From assembly GCF_009914755.1 (NCBI RefSeq), contig NC_060935.1: 64,000 nucleotides of DNA. One strand, 5' to 3'. Below the pieces are notes generated by a model. That model was given only the letters and a program-made list of their open reading frames with translations, was not told the DNA's origin and did no database searches. The position numbers and the translations under genes were made by a program. Shown one piece after another: positions 23,792 through 36,708 of the stretch (its first letter is position 1; the number at the start of each line of letters is the position of its first letter). This stretch comes from the human T2T-CHM13v2.0 reference genome, Homo sapiens.

Positions 23792-24794
23792 ACGAGCTCC
23801 TCCTGGCTGGTTAACCCCTCTCCCAGGCCAGACGTGCTGCCTCCCTCAGTCCTGCCTTACCTCTTCCTGCTGTGTGGCCTTGTGCTCTGAGTCTCGGTTT
23901 CCTCATCTGTGAAATGGAGCCATCATTCCCACTTCCTAGGGAGCCCGGGGCAAAAAGAAAAGCTCAGAGCACTCAGCAAAACACCTGCACATTTGCCTGA
24001 GGAATCCGCACTTAGTGAGGTCTACTGTGAGCAAGGTACATGGGTGGTGGGACAGGCCCCCTATCCTGAAAGAGCTCCCAGCCTTGGCCGGGGGAGGGGG
24101 CGCTGATCTGCTAGCCACTGATTAGAGCAAGTTACTTTTCCTCTCTGAGCTCCGGGGTCCTCATCTGTGAAACGAAAACAGCCAACCTCACTTTTCCCCT
24201 ACAGCTGGTCTCAGGAGAAACAAAATAATGGACAGACAGTGCTTTAGAAAGAGCCAGCTCACTGCTCAAGCCAGAAGGCCTAATGGGTAAGTGCTTAACT
24301 GCTGAGGACGCTCCCTGGATTTGAATCCCAGATCCATCACTGCCTGGCTGTGTGCCCGTGGGCAGGTCAGTCACTTAACCTCTACGTGCCTCAGTCTTCC
24401 CAGGTGTAGTTGGGAAAATAAGGTGTCCTATCTTATAGAGATACTGTGAGAATAAAAGCTGTAATCTCCATGAAGCCATGGGGAAGTGCCTGGCCCACAG
24501 CAAGTCCCCAGTGAAGACAGGCAATTATCAGACACAGACACTGCCACCCTCCCCAGGCCTCCCATGTGGCAGTGGCACCAGGATGGAGGCCATGGAGGAG
24601 TAGGAAATGGATCTAACTAACACTTCTTAACTTCTCCGCCCCACTGGGCAAAGCCCCAGATCTCAGTCCCCGGGCACAAGGCTGGCGCTCAGCCACTGCC
24701 CACCAGGCCCAGGCTGTGTCCACGGCCCACCTCCGAGGGGCAGAAGCTTCCAGGCATTGGATGCATTGCTTTCCTCTGCCTGCTGACCCCTCTC

Positions 24795-25426
24795 CACCAA
24801 CACATGCACACACACGCACACTGCACACACAGTACACACACACACACACACCACATATACACACCATACTCACGCCACACACACACCACACACGACACAA
24901 ACCACCACACACACCACACACATACGCACACACACCACACACACACCGTACAAACCACCACACACACCACACACATATGCACACACACACCACACAAACC
25001 CACCACACAACCACACACACATCCACCACACACCACACACATACACACCACACACACCACACACATACCACACACACACCATACAAACTACACACACCAC
25101 ACAATACGTGCACACACACGCCACACAAACCCACCACACATACATCACACACACCCACCATACACAATGCACACACAAAACACACACACACCACACATAC
25201 CCACCACGCACACACACCCACCACACACCTACCACACACCACACACACCCACACACTACACACACCCACCACACACATCACACACACCACATACCACACA
25301 CCACACCCACACCACACATTACACACCATAGACACCACACACACACACCCCCACAACACACCACACACAACCATACACACACACCACACAAACCACAAAC
25401 ACCACACACACACCACACACACGCAC

Positions 25427-25463
<37 letters not shown>

Positions 25464-25464
25464 A
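24795..25464. repeat. ~670-bp degenerate (CA/CAC)n low-complexity tract
   Basis: Direct read; ends in a pure (CA)n run near 25430-25458. Confidence 0.97.
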
Positions 25465-28400
25465 ACAGAGCATTCCCCTCTGCATCCCAGGACGGAGTCA
25501 ACAACAGCTGCTGCAAATCAACGGCTGTGGGACGTGTCAGTGCCCACCTGCTGGGGCTGGGAAGAGTGGGCACTACAGTGTCCTGGACAGAATTACTCAT
25601 GGGTGGGACAATCTTCATCCACGGGCACTGCCATCAGACATCTGAGCTGGTGGGAACCACTGTGCCCACCTCCCAAGCCCACCCTAGCAGGGAGGGCATC
25701 ACTCACAAAGGGCCCATGTGGCCCCACAGAGAAAATGGAATCTTGACCTCCAGGGAGGAGGGCCCCACACCCACCTTCCAGCACAGATAACTGCTCTGAG
25801 AACGGCGCTCCACCCCTACTTCACCCCCAGGACTGGGCCCTGCAATGATCAGATCCACCCAGCAGCCCCTCACCTGCCCCACTGGCGAGGCAAGCTGCAC
25901 ACACCCCTGAGGTCTCCCCTTGACCTTTCCTCCCCTTCAGGGCCACTCCAGGTGTTTATTTCAGGCCTAAGTGAGGACAGAAGACTCCACCGTGCACTAT
26001 GGCCAAACCCCGGCTTTGGGGGCAGGGGACCTGGGTTTGAGTCTTGGCTCTGCCCTCTTGCCAGCTGCATGGCTTTGTGCAAGTCACTACACCTCTCCTA
26101 GCCTCAGTTTCCCCTCTTGTGAAATGGGGGTAGTGAGAACGCTCACCTCGCAGACGTGCTGGTGGAGAGAGAAAGAAGGAGTGCACGTGGGCACCCATGG
26201 GGAAAGTGCCCTGCCCAGGGAGGAGTCTGGCCCTCCTTCCACTTCCCTTTCTCCACTCAGCCGTGCACAGTGGAAAAAGCCTGCCATCAGTGCTGTGAAG
26301 CTTCCTGCTCTGCCCCACTGCCTTCTGAAGGGCCCCCGGGGGTTTCCCCCAGGAGCCAGGCTGCAGGAGGCTGGGGGCAGGGGCAGCAAGGACAGCCACT
26401 CCTCCACCCACATCACCTGTCTGGCAAGAAGGGAGGACATGGCTCCTAGGGCCCAGGCCTGGGATCCTGAACCTTTCCCTTCTGCCCTGCCAGCTGCTCT
26501 CGCCCACATTCCCGATCAGCCAGCAAACCTTTCAACAGTGGTTCTCATTGCTGACCCTTTACACAAGTGAGAAGGTCCCTGGGACACTCTGTCCCCCCAC
26601 CATGCTCCTTGTTCCTCCAGGCTATCTTGCACACAGCCCCTCTTCCCAGGGCCCTCCCAGGGCACTGGGTCCTCATCCTCCTCTGGACTCTCACGGGTCT
26701 CAGTGTCTGCAGCCACTGGCCACTTATAGCCTCTACTCCTGGTCATTTCACGGCAGTTTGACTCCCCAAGACCAACCAGTCTGAAGGTATGGCTTGTACT
26801 GTGCTCCTCCGTGTATCTCCCCGTGAGGCTGGGGTGCACAGCAGGCACTTTGTCAACACAGGTGGAATGAGCAGCTGTCAGGCTAAGCCCAACCAGCACA
26901 CTCAGAAGCCCACAGGTTAGACGTGGCGGGCTGAGGGGAGGCTGTGCCCCAGGCCACATGGAAGCTGGTGGCATAGGGCAGGAAAGGGCTTTCCAATTAG
27001 GCAGAACTGGGTTCAAAAGTGGCCACTCTCTGTTGGTCAGGTGGCCTTAAGCGAGCAGTCTCAGCCCTCAATACAATGGGGATCACACCACAGCGCCTTA
27101 CTTGCCTTACTCATGGGGTGCTGAAGACTCCAGGAGATGGGGTGCAAATGCTCTTGGCAGAGGACCTGGCAGTGGGGGGTCTGGACAGCCGTGAAGGTTA
27201 GAGGACTGGATGAGAACACTGGCCTCTGACATTGCCCCACCTCCTCAGAAAGCTGTGGCATCACTCGCAGGGGAGTGCCCCAGGGCAAGGATTTCTTTGG
27301 GTCTTGTTCTCTGAGCCTGGGACAACTCCGGGCACAGGAGGAGTTCAACAGGCATTTGTGATTGAATGAATGAGTCGGGAGGAGCTAAGAGGCCCTCTTC
27401 AGCCAAGATCTGACTCCCTGCAGTCCCTCCCACCTCCCCATCTGCTGTGGAATCTGAGGCCAGGGAAGAGCACCTCCACATGGTTCCCAGGGGCGAGGCG
27501 GGAACAAGCAAAGTCCCCAAGACTAAACCAGCCAGGAAGAGAGGGGCTTTTTGGGGGTACAAGAGTCAGAAGAGGATGACAGACAGGGAGGTGGTAAGCA
27601 TATTTGTAACGATTGGGAAAACTTGGGCTCAAATCCCTGCTCCTCTTTATTGCTCTGTGACCTCAGGAAAGTTACTTAACCTCTCTGAGCCTCTATGTCC
27701 TCATCTGTGAAACCAGACTACTACTTCTGTACAAAGCCCACAGGTTTGTGATGTGTGATGATAAGAAAGTGCAGCTGAGGAGCCTGGCCTCTGGTGTGTA
27801 CTCTGTAAAGGACAGCAATTAATAACATGAATAAGGTGGCTGCCCAGGCTCTGCCCTGGCCAGATCAGATGGGACTGAGGCATCATTCCCATGCAGATCC
27901 TGGAGGACTTCCCCAACCCCCTGTCTCTTTCCCAGGAAGCCTGGTTTCTATAGAAACAGATGGACTGCCGAGCTGTCCCCAGCATGAAGACTATGCCCGT
28001 GAGGGCTGGCTTAGGAAACCTGACTGGCTGGGGGAGTGGGGAAGATGAGGGAGGGAAGAGGAAGGGGCCCAGAACATCCATCAGTGGCCAAGCCTCCCTG
28101 TGAGTCAAGGGGGAGTCACTGCTGCTGCACACCTCAGCCAAGGAGCCACTGCCTTTCCAAACAAGAGCTTCTGTGATAGGGGCAGGCAGCACACCTGTTC
28201 CTCCACCCCTCATAAGGAAGACTGCCCCCAGGGCCACCTACCCCGGGGCTGGGAGGAGCGGGGCAAGTACTTCAAGACCATGAATCCCCTGCTATCCCCA
28301 CCACAACCCTATGAGAATGGCCATATTATCACCCCCATCTTACACATGAGAAAACGAAGGCTCATGTGACTTATTCGAGTGTCCCTTGAGGTAAGTGGCA

Positions 28401-30667
28401 GAGCTGGAATTCAAGCCAAGGTAACTGTTCTTTAACTGGACATCCTAAGAGAAGCTGATGTGTGTGTGCAATGTGTGCGGTGGTGGGGGTGGGGGGGCGT
28501 TTGGTGGACGTGAACTGAGCTCTAACCCATCTTCCCCATGGCAACTCCCCCGGAAAGTCCCTGGTGGTCGCCAGCATCTGGACTCCTCTCTGGGGTCCAG
28601 CCTCCCTTGGGTTAAGGCCCTGCGACTCCAGCAGGACTTGGGGAGGGATGCAGGGAGACCCATTGTTCTGTTATCGCTTTAGTACAAAATAGCTGGAAAT
28701 GGGGTCTGGGACAGGGCAACACAGAGTTGGGGGGCGGGGTGCTGGCAGTGAGAGCCAGAGCCTCAGGCCCCCGGCCAGAGAGAAGGGGAGGCAGGAGAAA
28801 GAATCTCTGCTCCCTGGAGGGCGGGACGGAATAGAAGGTCCAGAGCTTGCGTCATCCGCTCCAGCTGCGGTCCCTCCCAGGGCTGCCGTCGGCCCCTTGG
28901 GCAGGATGGAGTCTAGAGATCCCCTAGCCCAGAATCTATTGCCTGGGCCATCAGGCAGTGAATCCACTTGTCAATGGCTGTACTGGAGAGGCTTAGGGAC
29001 TAAGGGACTTGTGTTCAGATCTTGGCTCTGCACTACTAGGCTCGTGCCTTTGGGCAGACAAACTCCTCTTTGAAGGAGCCTCCCTTCCTTCCACCGTAAA
29101 TGGGGCGGTGGTCCCTGAGTCACAAGGCTGTCCGGGGGCTAGAGAGCTAATCTAGAAGTCATGGGACACAAAAGAGGCTTTATGAAAGCGGCTGCACTAC
29201 TGACATCCTCACAGCGGCCTCTGGGGTGCAGGTTTCATCGGAGGCCCACAGCTAAGGAGGAAGCTGAGGCGAGGCTACCCGGTGGATGGGCCTTGGCTGG
29301 CTCCAGCTGGCTTGCTATCAGGCCATCCCTCGAGAGCATCATTATTCCAAAGGCTGGGGCTGCCTTAGTCAGTCTTGTCTCTCAAGCAGATCCTGAGCCA
29401 GTGGAGGGCGGAGCTGCAGCATCCGTCTTCCTCATCATCTCAGCATCACCACTGGGCTCAGTGTCCAGGCTGCTGCAAAGAGTGAGGACAGAGCGGAACT
29501 GGCCGGGAGAGGCAGGCGCAGGATGCGAGTCCCGTGGCAGTGGCAACCCCCGTCTCCATGACACAGCTCTGCAGTTGAGAAAGGTTCCACGCCCCATTTC
29601 CAAGAACCTCCAGGAACATGTGCCCTGAGATCTGGTAGTGGAAGGTTTGTCCTGGAGCTGGAAGGTGGCAGTGTGTCCTGAGTCACTGGGCTCGGAGACA
29701 GGACAGCTGAGGTCACAGGCAGATTCTGCCATCACTGGTAAGCCAGGCCCTGTCTTTGGGGCTCAGTTTCTTTGTCTAAGAAAATGAGAATGTGGTCTCT
29801 AGGGCCCCTCCCAGCCCTGCCTCACAGCGGCCACACTCCAGGTCCCTGCTGGGCCCCAGCTCAAGCTGCCTCATCCCCAAGACCCGCCACCCCTCAGCCT
29901 GGACTGGCACACAGGTCCTATCTTCCTACTCTTTCTTTTTGAAGGGGCCCAATTTCCAGAAAGGCAGAGGAAAGCCCAACCTTTCATCAGAAACATTTCC
30001 AAAGCTTTAGGGACAAATATGAACATTCCTTACTGTGCTGAAGAGGGCGAGAGGTCAGGGCAGAGCAGGTGGCAAGAAGGAGGCATTCCTGGGCTCCTCC
30101 CCCGGGGGTCTGAAGCTGCTGCTGTGGGCAAGGGGATCAGGCCCTCTGATGGCCTCCATCACCGCTCAGAAGTCACTGGGAGGTTTTTCCTGTCTCGACA
30201 GTCATTCACATGGGCAGAACATGAAGAATTCCTGTCCTTTTCGACTCTGAGAATAGGCCAGCCTGCCCCTTGGCCCAGTGACCATGTCAGGGCCCTCAAG
30301 GGCAGCTGGTGTCGTCATCAGGACAGCCTGACTTCCAGATCCTATCGGGCTAGGGGTCTGGTGAGAATGCAGCAGGCACCTCCCTCTCCGACCTGCACCC
30401 CACTCTCCCCATGCCCCTCCCCCACCCCGTGGCTGTTCAGGAACTTAGAGGGGAGAAGAGGGTGGGAGAGGAAGGGAGAGGAAAGGACAGGAGCTTCCTC
30501 GAAGGGATGCTCCACATTTTGAGCCCGTTTCTTCAAAAGCAAGCGGTGATTTGTCTTCTGGGTGAGTTGGGGGAGGCAGGTGGAAGGGTCCCTGCCCTTT
30601 TCGCAGGATAAGATGGGCCACAACCATAGTCCAGGACTGAGTGTCTCCCCAATCCTGGGGTGCTGGC

Positions 30668-30890
30668 TTAGTGGTTAAAGGACTAGCTCATGACTTAAAA
30701 GGCTTGTGCTCCATCCTGGCTCTACCACTGATGAGCTGTATGCCTTTGGGCCAGTGACTCTGCCTCCCTGGGCCTCAGTTTCCTCATCTGTTAAATGGGG
30801 TGTAATAATGACACCAACCTCTCACCAGTGAGAAGATGCACCAAAAAAATCCAGAACAGCGCCTGTTTTGTAGTTAATGTTCAATAATAA
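30668..30890 (+). mobile_element. MIR
   Basis: tagtggttaaagg...gggcctcagtttcctcatctgttaaatgggg. Confidence 0.75.
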
Positions 30891-31351
30891 TGCTGCTCAT
30901 TATTTTTAGACTAGAAGACTCTACTTCCTTGCCTCAGTTGCCCCCTTGACCAAATCTGCCTCAGAGCAGGTCCCCTTCTAGGGATCATGTGCCAGGTCAG
31001 AGTTGGGTGCTCAGAAGGGACTGGTCATAGGAAGGAAGTGGGATGAGAGAGAGCAAGGGTCACTTTGGGGCAGGAGGACGATGCTGCGCTGGCCCTGGGA
31101 GGGGTCCAGCCAGTGTAGCAGGATAAACAGTGAGACACAGGGTGCCGGGGAGGTATCGTGGACCAGGAGTCAGAACATCAGGCACCCCGCCCTGCAGCTG
31201 CCTCTCCTGGCCTGTGTGTCCTGGGGTGACTGACATACTGTCTCTGAGCCTCACTTCCCTCACCTGTGAAAGGGGAGGAATTCATCCCTTCTCAGTCACT
31301 CACTCTTCCTCAGCCCCTCACTCCCTGCTAGCTGCAGGGCAGGCACATTCC

Positions 31352-31725
31352 AGCCTCAGGGCCTTTGCATGGGCTGTGCTCTAGCTGTCTACACAGCTCA
31401 CTCCCTCATCTCCCTCAAGGCTGTAGCTCAAAAGTTACCTCCTCAGGGAGACCTCCCTGACACCCTATTTAAAATGACAACCCGGTCCCTGGCCTCAATA
31501 CCCCCAACACAACTTTTCCCCTTCACCTCTCAGTACACTATATAATTTGCTTATTGTTTTTATTAGGGAATTGCCTCCCCCTGCCCCCTGCTTTTAAGCA
31601 TCAGCTCCATGAGGACAAAAATTTTTATTTTGTCCACAGCTGTCTCCCCAGTGCCTGAAACTGTCCCTGGCACTTTGCTCCATAAGCCATTTTTGGTGTA
31701 ATGCTCACAAACATTTTGTTCAATA
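31352..31725 (+). mobile_element. L2 3' fragment
   Basis: cctcagggcctttgca...agctccatgagg...tccccagtgcctgaaac...ctcacaaacattttgttcaat. Confidence 0.75.
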
Positions 31726-32220
31726 AGCAAAAGTAAAGAACAGCCCCAAACTGTGTGACTATGGGGCATTCCTGTTAAATCCAGCCCCCTCCTCCCCCAT
31801 ACCCCAAGAGGGGCAGGCCCTTCTTCCCACAGAGGTGGGGCTATCAAAAGAAATTGGGAGGCTGGGTGTGAGCTGGAGAAGCCACAAGGGGCCTGGAGGC
31901 AGAGCTGTGCAGAAAATAGGTCGCAGTCCTAGAACTGGCAGGTCATGACAGCTGGACATGGGTGAAGGGGCTTTCGGCCTTAGCCCTCCACTCCAAATTT
32001 GGAAGCACGGAGGAAGTTGACGACATGTGACTGGGAAAGAAGCGGCCATGGCAGGGGCCTCCTGGGATGGTGGGGACAGAGGGGGCCTCAGGAACAAGAC
32101 GACCCATTTTACAGATGGGACAACAGAAGCCTGGAGAATAGTCTTATTTCCTAACAACCCAACAAGAAAAATCTTTTCTCTCCTTTCTCGAAGTCTGGGG
32201 CTGAGGCTAAGGAGCGGACA

Positions 32221-32234
32221 GTGCCCCCTCCTGG
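32221..32234 (-). promoter_or_regulatory. CTCF motif
   Basis: CCAGGAGGGGGCAC on the - strand, one mismatch to consensus. Confidence 0.55.
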
Positions 32235-33671
32235 CTCTGCAACAAAACGACCCCCGCGTCCCTGGGATCTGCGGGCCGCAGATCCTGGTCCCCTCTCCAC
32301 AGGCCGTCAGGGGTGGAGGTCCAAGGGACCACATAGTTGGGGTGGGCAGCCCCGGTGACTTCTCCCCGCAGGCCCGCCCCGTCAAGAAGTTTGTTTGAAA
32401 GAAACCAATCAGGAAGTGCAGGGTAGTGGGGCGGTGAGGGGGCCTTGGCCAGCCGCTCTGGGCTTTGGAGGAGCCTGGGGGTTCTTGGCCTCCGCGCTGC
32501 TCTTGCCCCAGCCTCCATCTCTCCGGCGGAGAAACCCACTCCCCCCGGGCTCCAGGAAGAGGCGGAAGCCCGAGACTGGGTCAGGGCGAAGGAGGGTAGA
32601 GCGAGGGGACCCAAGGCGAGCGCCCCGCCCCGCCCCGCCCAGCGGGGCGCGCCGGGGTGGGCGCGGCGTTCTGGCCCTTCCTCCACACAGCCTCCCCCGG
32701 GTAGGTGCGAGTGTTCTGCCCACGGCAGGGGCCCTAACCCACCCAGCGCCCGGCCAGTGGCCCCACACTGTACCCTTCCTGCAGATCGCGCGACTTTGGG
32801 GAGAGTGGGGGGCGTCTCCACCTGTGCGTCCCCTACCCACCCCCTAACTGGGCTAAGGCGCGGCCTGGGTTTCTGCCCGCCCCTTTCCAGCCTGGGGACG
32901 GGGGACTCTCTCAGCCTCGCCCCTCCCCCTGCAATCTGTCCCTGATGTCCCCGCTCCAGACACTCACCCACTTTCTGAGACCCAGGCCTCAGCGCCGGTG
33001 TCCCCCGGCGGTGAGCTCCGAGCCGTTAGGCGGCCCCGGGTTCTCCGGCCCAGGGCCCCTGCCCCCAGGCCCCCACCCCAGAAGGTCGGGCCAGACTTGT
33101 GGGCAGCGGGAACTCCGCCACCACCTCCGTCCGCGGCCCTGCGGGGGCAAAGACTGGGGGAACTCGCAAGTTTGCGCCGCGCACTCCTCCTGCCGGGAAC
33201 AATGGCGGGAGGGGGAGGGGACAGAGAACCGAGCGCGGGGGACCGAGTCAGACCCCGGGGAGACAGAAACTGCTTTCGCTCCGTTTCTCTCCTGCTCCGA
33301 AGCAGAAAGCTCGAGCCCGAGAGGCAGTGGCCGAGGACGAAATAAGCAGTCCAGGAGGAGGGCGACCGCGGAGCCGGGGGAGAGGGGAAACCGAGTCAGA
33401 GGGAGGGGCGGCGAGGGGAGAGCGCGCAGGGGAGACGGAAGGGGCTGCGGGACGGCGCCTTGGGGAGCTGGGGAGGCGACCCCCTGGGGTCCCAGCGGGC
33501 TCAGCGGGTGCCGAGATGTCCCGGGGCGCCCGGTTAGCGCGCGCGGGGTCCCGGCCGCCCCTCTGCGGTCCCGTCGGCCGCAGGAGCCCCGCTGGGTTGC
33601 GCTGCGCAGGCGGCGGGCGGCGGGAGGGGAAAGTCCGCGGCTCGGAAGCGGCGGCGGGGAGCAGAACTTAC

Positions 33672-33860
33672 GGGCCTCGCGCGTGCCGGCGCTGGGCTAC
33701 GTGGAGCTGATGCCAGGCGGAGGCTCCGGGCTCGGACGCCTCACATCGCGCCGCCCGTGCCGGGCCGGGCAGTGCAGGGCAGGGCAGGGCAGGGCAGGGC
33801 AGGACAGGGCAGGGCAGGGCCGGGCCGGCTGGACTGCGCGCGGCGCCCTGCGCGGCCGGG
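33672..33860 (-). other. TP53I11: TP53I11 non-coding first exon (5' end approximate)
   Basis: Donor CCC|gtaagt at 33671 on the - strand, downstream of CCAAT and GC boxes. Confidence 0.7.
33776..33820 (-). repeat. Pentanucleotide microsatellite: 9 x AGGRC on +, (TGYCC)8 on -
   Basis: agggc x5, aggac, agggc x3, with degenerate flanking pentamers. Confidence 0.95.
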
Positions 33861-34043
33861 GCTTACCGAGTCTGGCGGCCCGCGCTGGTCCCTCCTCTCG
33901 GTTCCGCGCACAAGCCAATGGCGCGCCGTCCCCTCCCACGCGCCGGGCTGCCTCGCCCCCAGGGTGGCCGCCGGGGCGGGCGGGATGGGGGTTGGCGGGG
34001 AAACCAGGCTCCCGGCTCCCCCGCGAGGCTCTCCCGGGGGCCG

Positions 34044-34057
34044 CCTGCAGGGGGCGC
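34044..34057 (+). promoter_or_regulatory. CTCF motif
   Basis: CCTGCAGGGGGCGC. Confidence 0.6.
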
Positions 34058-36329
34058 ACGCGCGCCCGAGAGAAGGCGCCGGGGGAGGAAGCCGCGCGGG
34101 GAGACCCTGGCGTGGCCCGCGCCGCCCAGGATGACTTTCCTGGCAAGTTCTGCAGACGGTGCCCCTTTCTTGGGACGATCAACGTAGATGGGCAAACCAC
34201 ACCATCTTAAATAGCCTTGCGGTGTCTCCCGGGCCCAGGCCGGTGCCTGAAATGGAAGGGACTGCTTTGGCTGGCGGTGATACCCAAGTGTGTAATAACA
34301 CAGTCACGACAATAGTCACCGTTTGCTGCGCACTCTCTGATGCCAGACACCATATGCTAAAGGAGTTACAAGTATTAACTCATTTGATTTTCACAGCAAC
34401 CCATAAGGGCGCTGTGCTTAGTCCCATTTTACAGGCCATGGTCGTTAAAGTTTGAGTTCACTCAGCCTTCAGGCTTCCAGCCTAGGCCCACCCTTCTCTC
34501 TCCCTGCTTGGTGTGACTTGACCAAATAACATGACCCCACTGTCACTACGGCCACCTTCTTCATACTCCACCCTAAAATCCAGCCTCAGAGATGCTGCTG
34601 TCAGTTGCGCTGTCAGGAGGCTAGGATCTTATCTGGGGCTCTAGGACGCTTGTTGGCGCTACAGTTGTCAAACCTTTTGTCTCTACACATCCTATGGGGG
34701 GCTGGGGTGAGGATGAGGGTTGGGGGTCATGGAGGCTCTCTGGTGGCGTGTCAACCTGAGAGAACCAGGCTCCTACAGACAAGGCCCCACCCCCAAATTC
34801 TGGGCTCCTTCAACCCCTTATGGTGGGAAAATAATGTGCTCTCTCCCACCCCAACCCCCACCACCCTGTGCTCTCCTTAGAGAAATGCCTGGATCTCTTT
34901 CATCTGATCTGATGGTCACAGTGGGCCAGGAACCGGGGTGGGGGGCTGCGGGAAAAGGAAGGCAAGGCTGATGACATGCTCCATTTCACAAGTAAATAAG
35001 ACAGAAAGAGGTGAGTGGCTGCCTCAGGCATCTAGCTAGGTGGGCATTCTGACTCCAGGTCTCGGTTCTGTCTGCACCAGTTCCTTAACGGTTAATAGAG
35101 CAGGCTCTGGAACCAGATCACCTAGGTTCAAATCCTGACTCTGCCTTTTAGTGCCTGTGTGGCCTTGGACAAAGTAAGTCACCTAGAGCAACCAATAGTA
35201 AGAACCAGCTATGGTTGCTGTAGAGATTTAGAGTTAATAGGAGCTGCTCATGTTTACTGTGCATGGACTCTGTGCCATGCAGGCTCCCACTGTCCTCACC
35301 AGAGCTGGGATTGGGCAGGAGAGTCTGTGCCCTTGGCAAGGAAGTAAACAGAACAGTCCTTGGTTCATAGTAAGTGCTCAGTGAATATAAACTGTCCTGA
35401 TTACTAAGGTAGATAAACTCTGATGCCCCAGTGCCACTGACACTGCCCCCAGCCAAACACCTAGACAGTGATAGCCAATAATGAATGAATCAATCAATCA
35501 ATCAAAGTATGTGACTCTAGATGAGGATTATTTTTAAGGTGTGTTGGGTGGAGCCATCTGACTCAAGGCTCTATAGTAATTTCTGCAACAACTCAGTCTC
35601 ACCTCACTGCCTTTACAGAGCTGGGCCAAGCTGGGTTGATGAATTCATTTGTCACTCCCTCTTCTGCCTTTCTGGCACTCAGGGCTCTGGATTGCTGAAG
35701 GGAGGGCCCCCAGCGTCATTCATGTGCAATGTCCTCCCAGACTTGGGGACACCTGCCAGTGCTCTGCTTGGTGTAACCCTAAAGACTAGCAGCAGGGTCT
35801 GTGCTTGTAATCCCAGCCAGCCTGATCATACATCAGTGGGAGGCCTTTGTCACAATCACTCCAAGTTTTCCAACATGGAAGAGGCTGCCTTAGTTGTCAT
35901 GAATGAGTGCCCTGTCACTAGCAGCATGCAAGCAGAATCCAGGGAAGGGTTGATGAGGACAGCAGAGGAAGAATTCCCACCTTAAGTGGTATTTGGAGTG
36001 GATAACCTTTGCCCTCTGGGTGTCTGTCTTCTCTCAGTCTCCTTATCAACGGGGAAGCTGGGGAGGCTGGGAGCTCAGGCTGGGCCAAGGCTGCCCCACC
36101 ATCCTTTGTGAACGAGGCCATCCTGACAGTGCCTCACCCTTATGCCAGGCAAGGTGCTATGTGCTGGGGCCCCAGGGGTGAACAGGACAGTGTCCCTGTC
36201 CTTGGAGAGTTCACAGCCCCCTTGTAGATGACTGCACAAATAGTCAACAGCAGCAACAGTAACCGCTCAAGATAACAGGCAAAGTGCTTGGAGGGGGACC
36301 AGGGGAGAAGCAGCTGGCTCTATCCATAA

Positions 36330-36708
<379 letters not shown>

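Larger units (their letters stand above)
32200..34250. promoter_or_regulatory. TP53I11: CpG island promoter of TP53I11
   Basis: Very high GC and CpG density; GC boxes (e.g. ~32623-32640, 33973-33983); CCAAT at 32405 and 33915; ETS AGGAAGTG at 32411. Confidence 0.9.

Noticed and set aside
24613-25746. Long His/Thr-rich and Cys/Val-rich ORFs (up to 309 aa)
   Set aside because: Translations of the CA/TG tract, which lacks stop codons.
32945-34210. 421-aa + strand ORF antisense to TP53I11 exon 1
   Set aside because: G/R/A/P-rich, no recognisable domain, weak start; long stop-free frames are expected in CpG islands.
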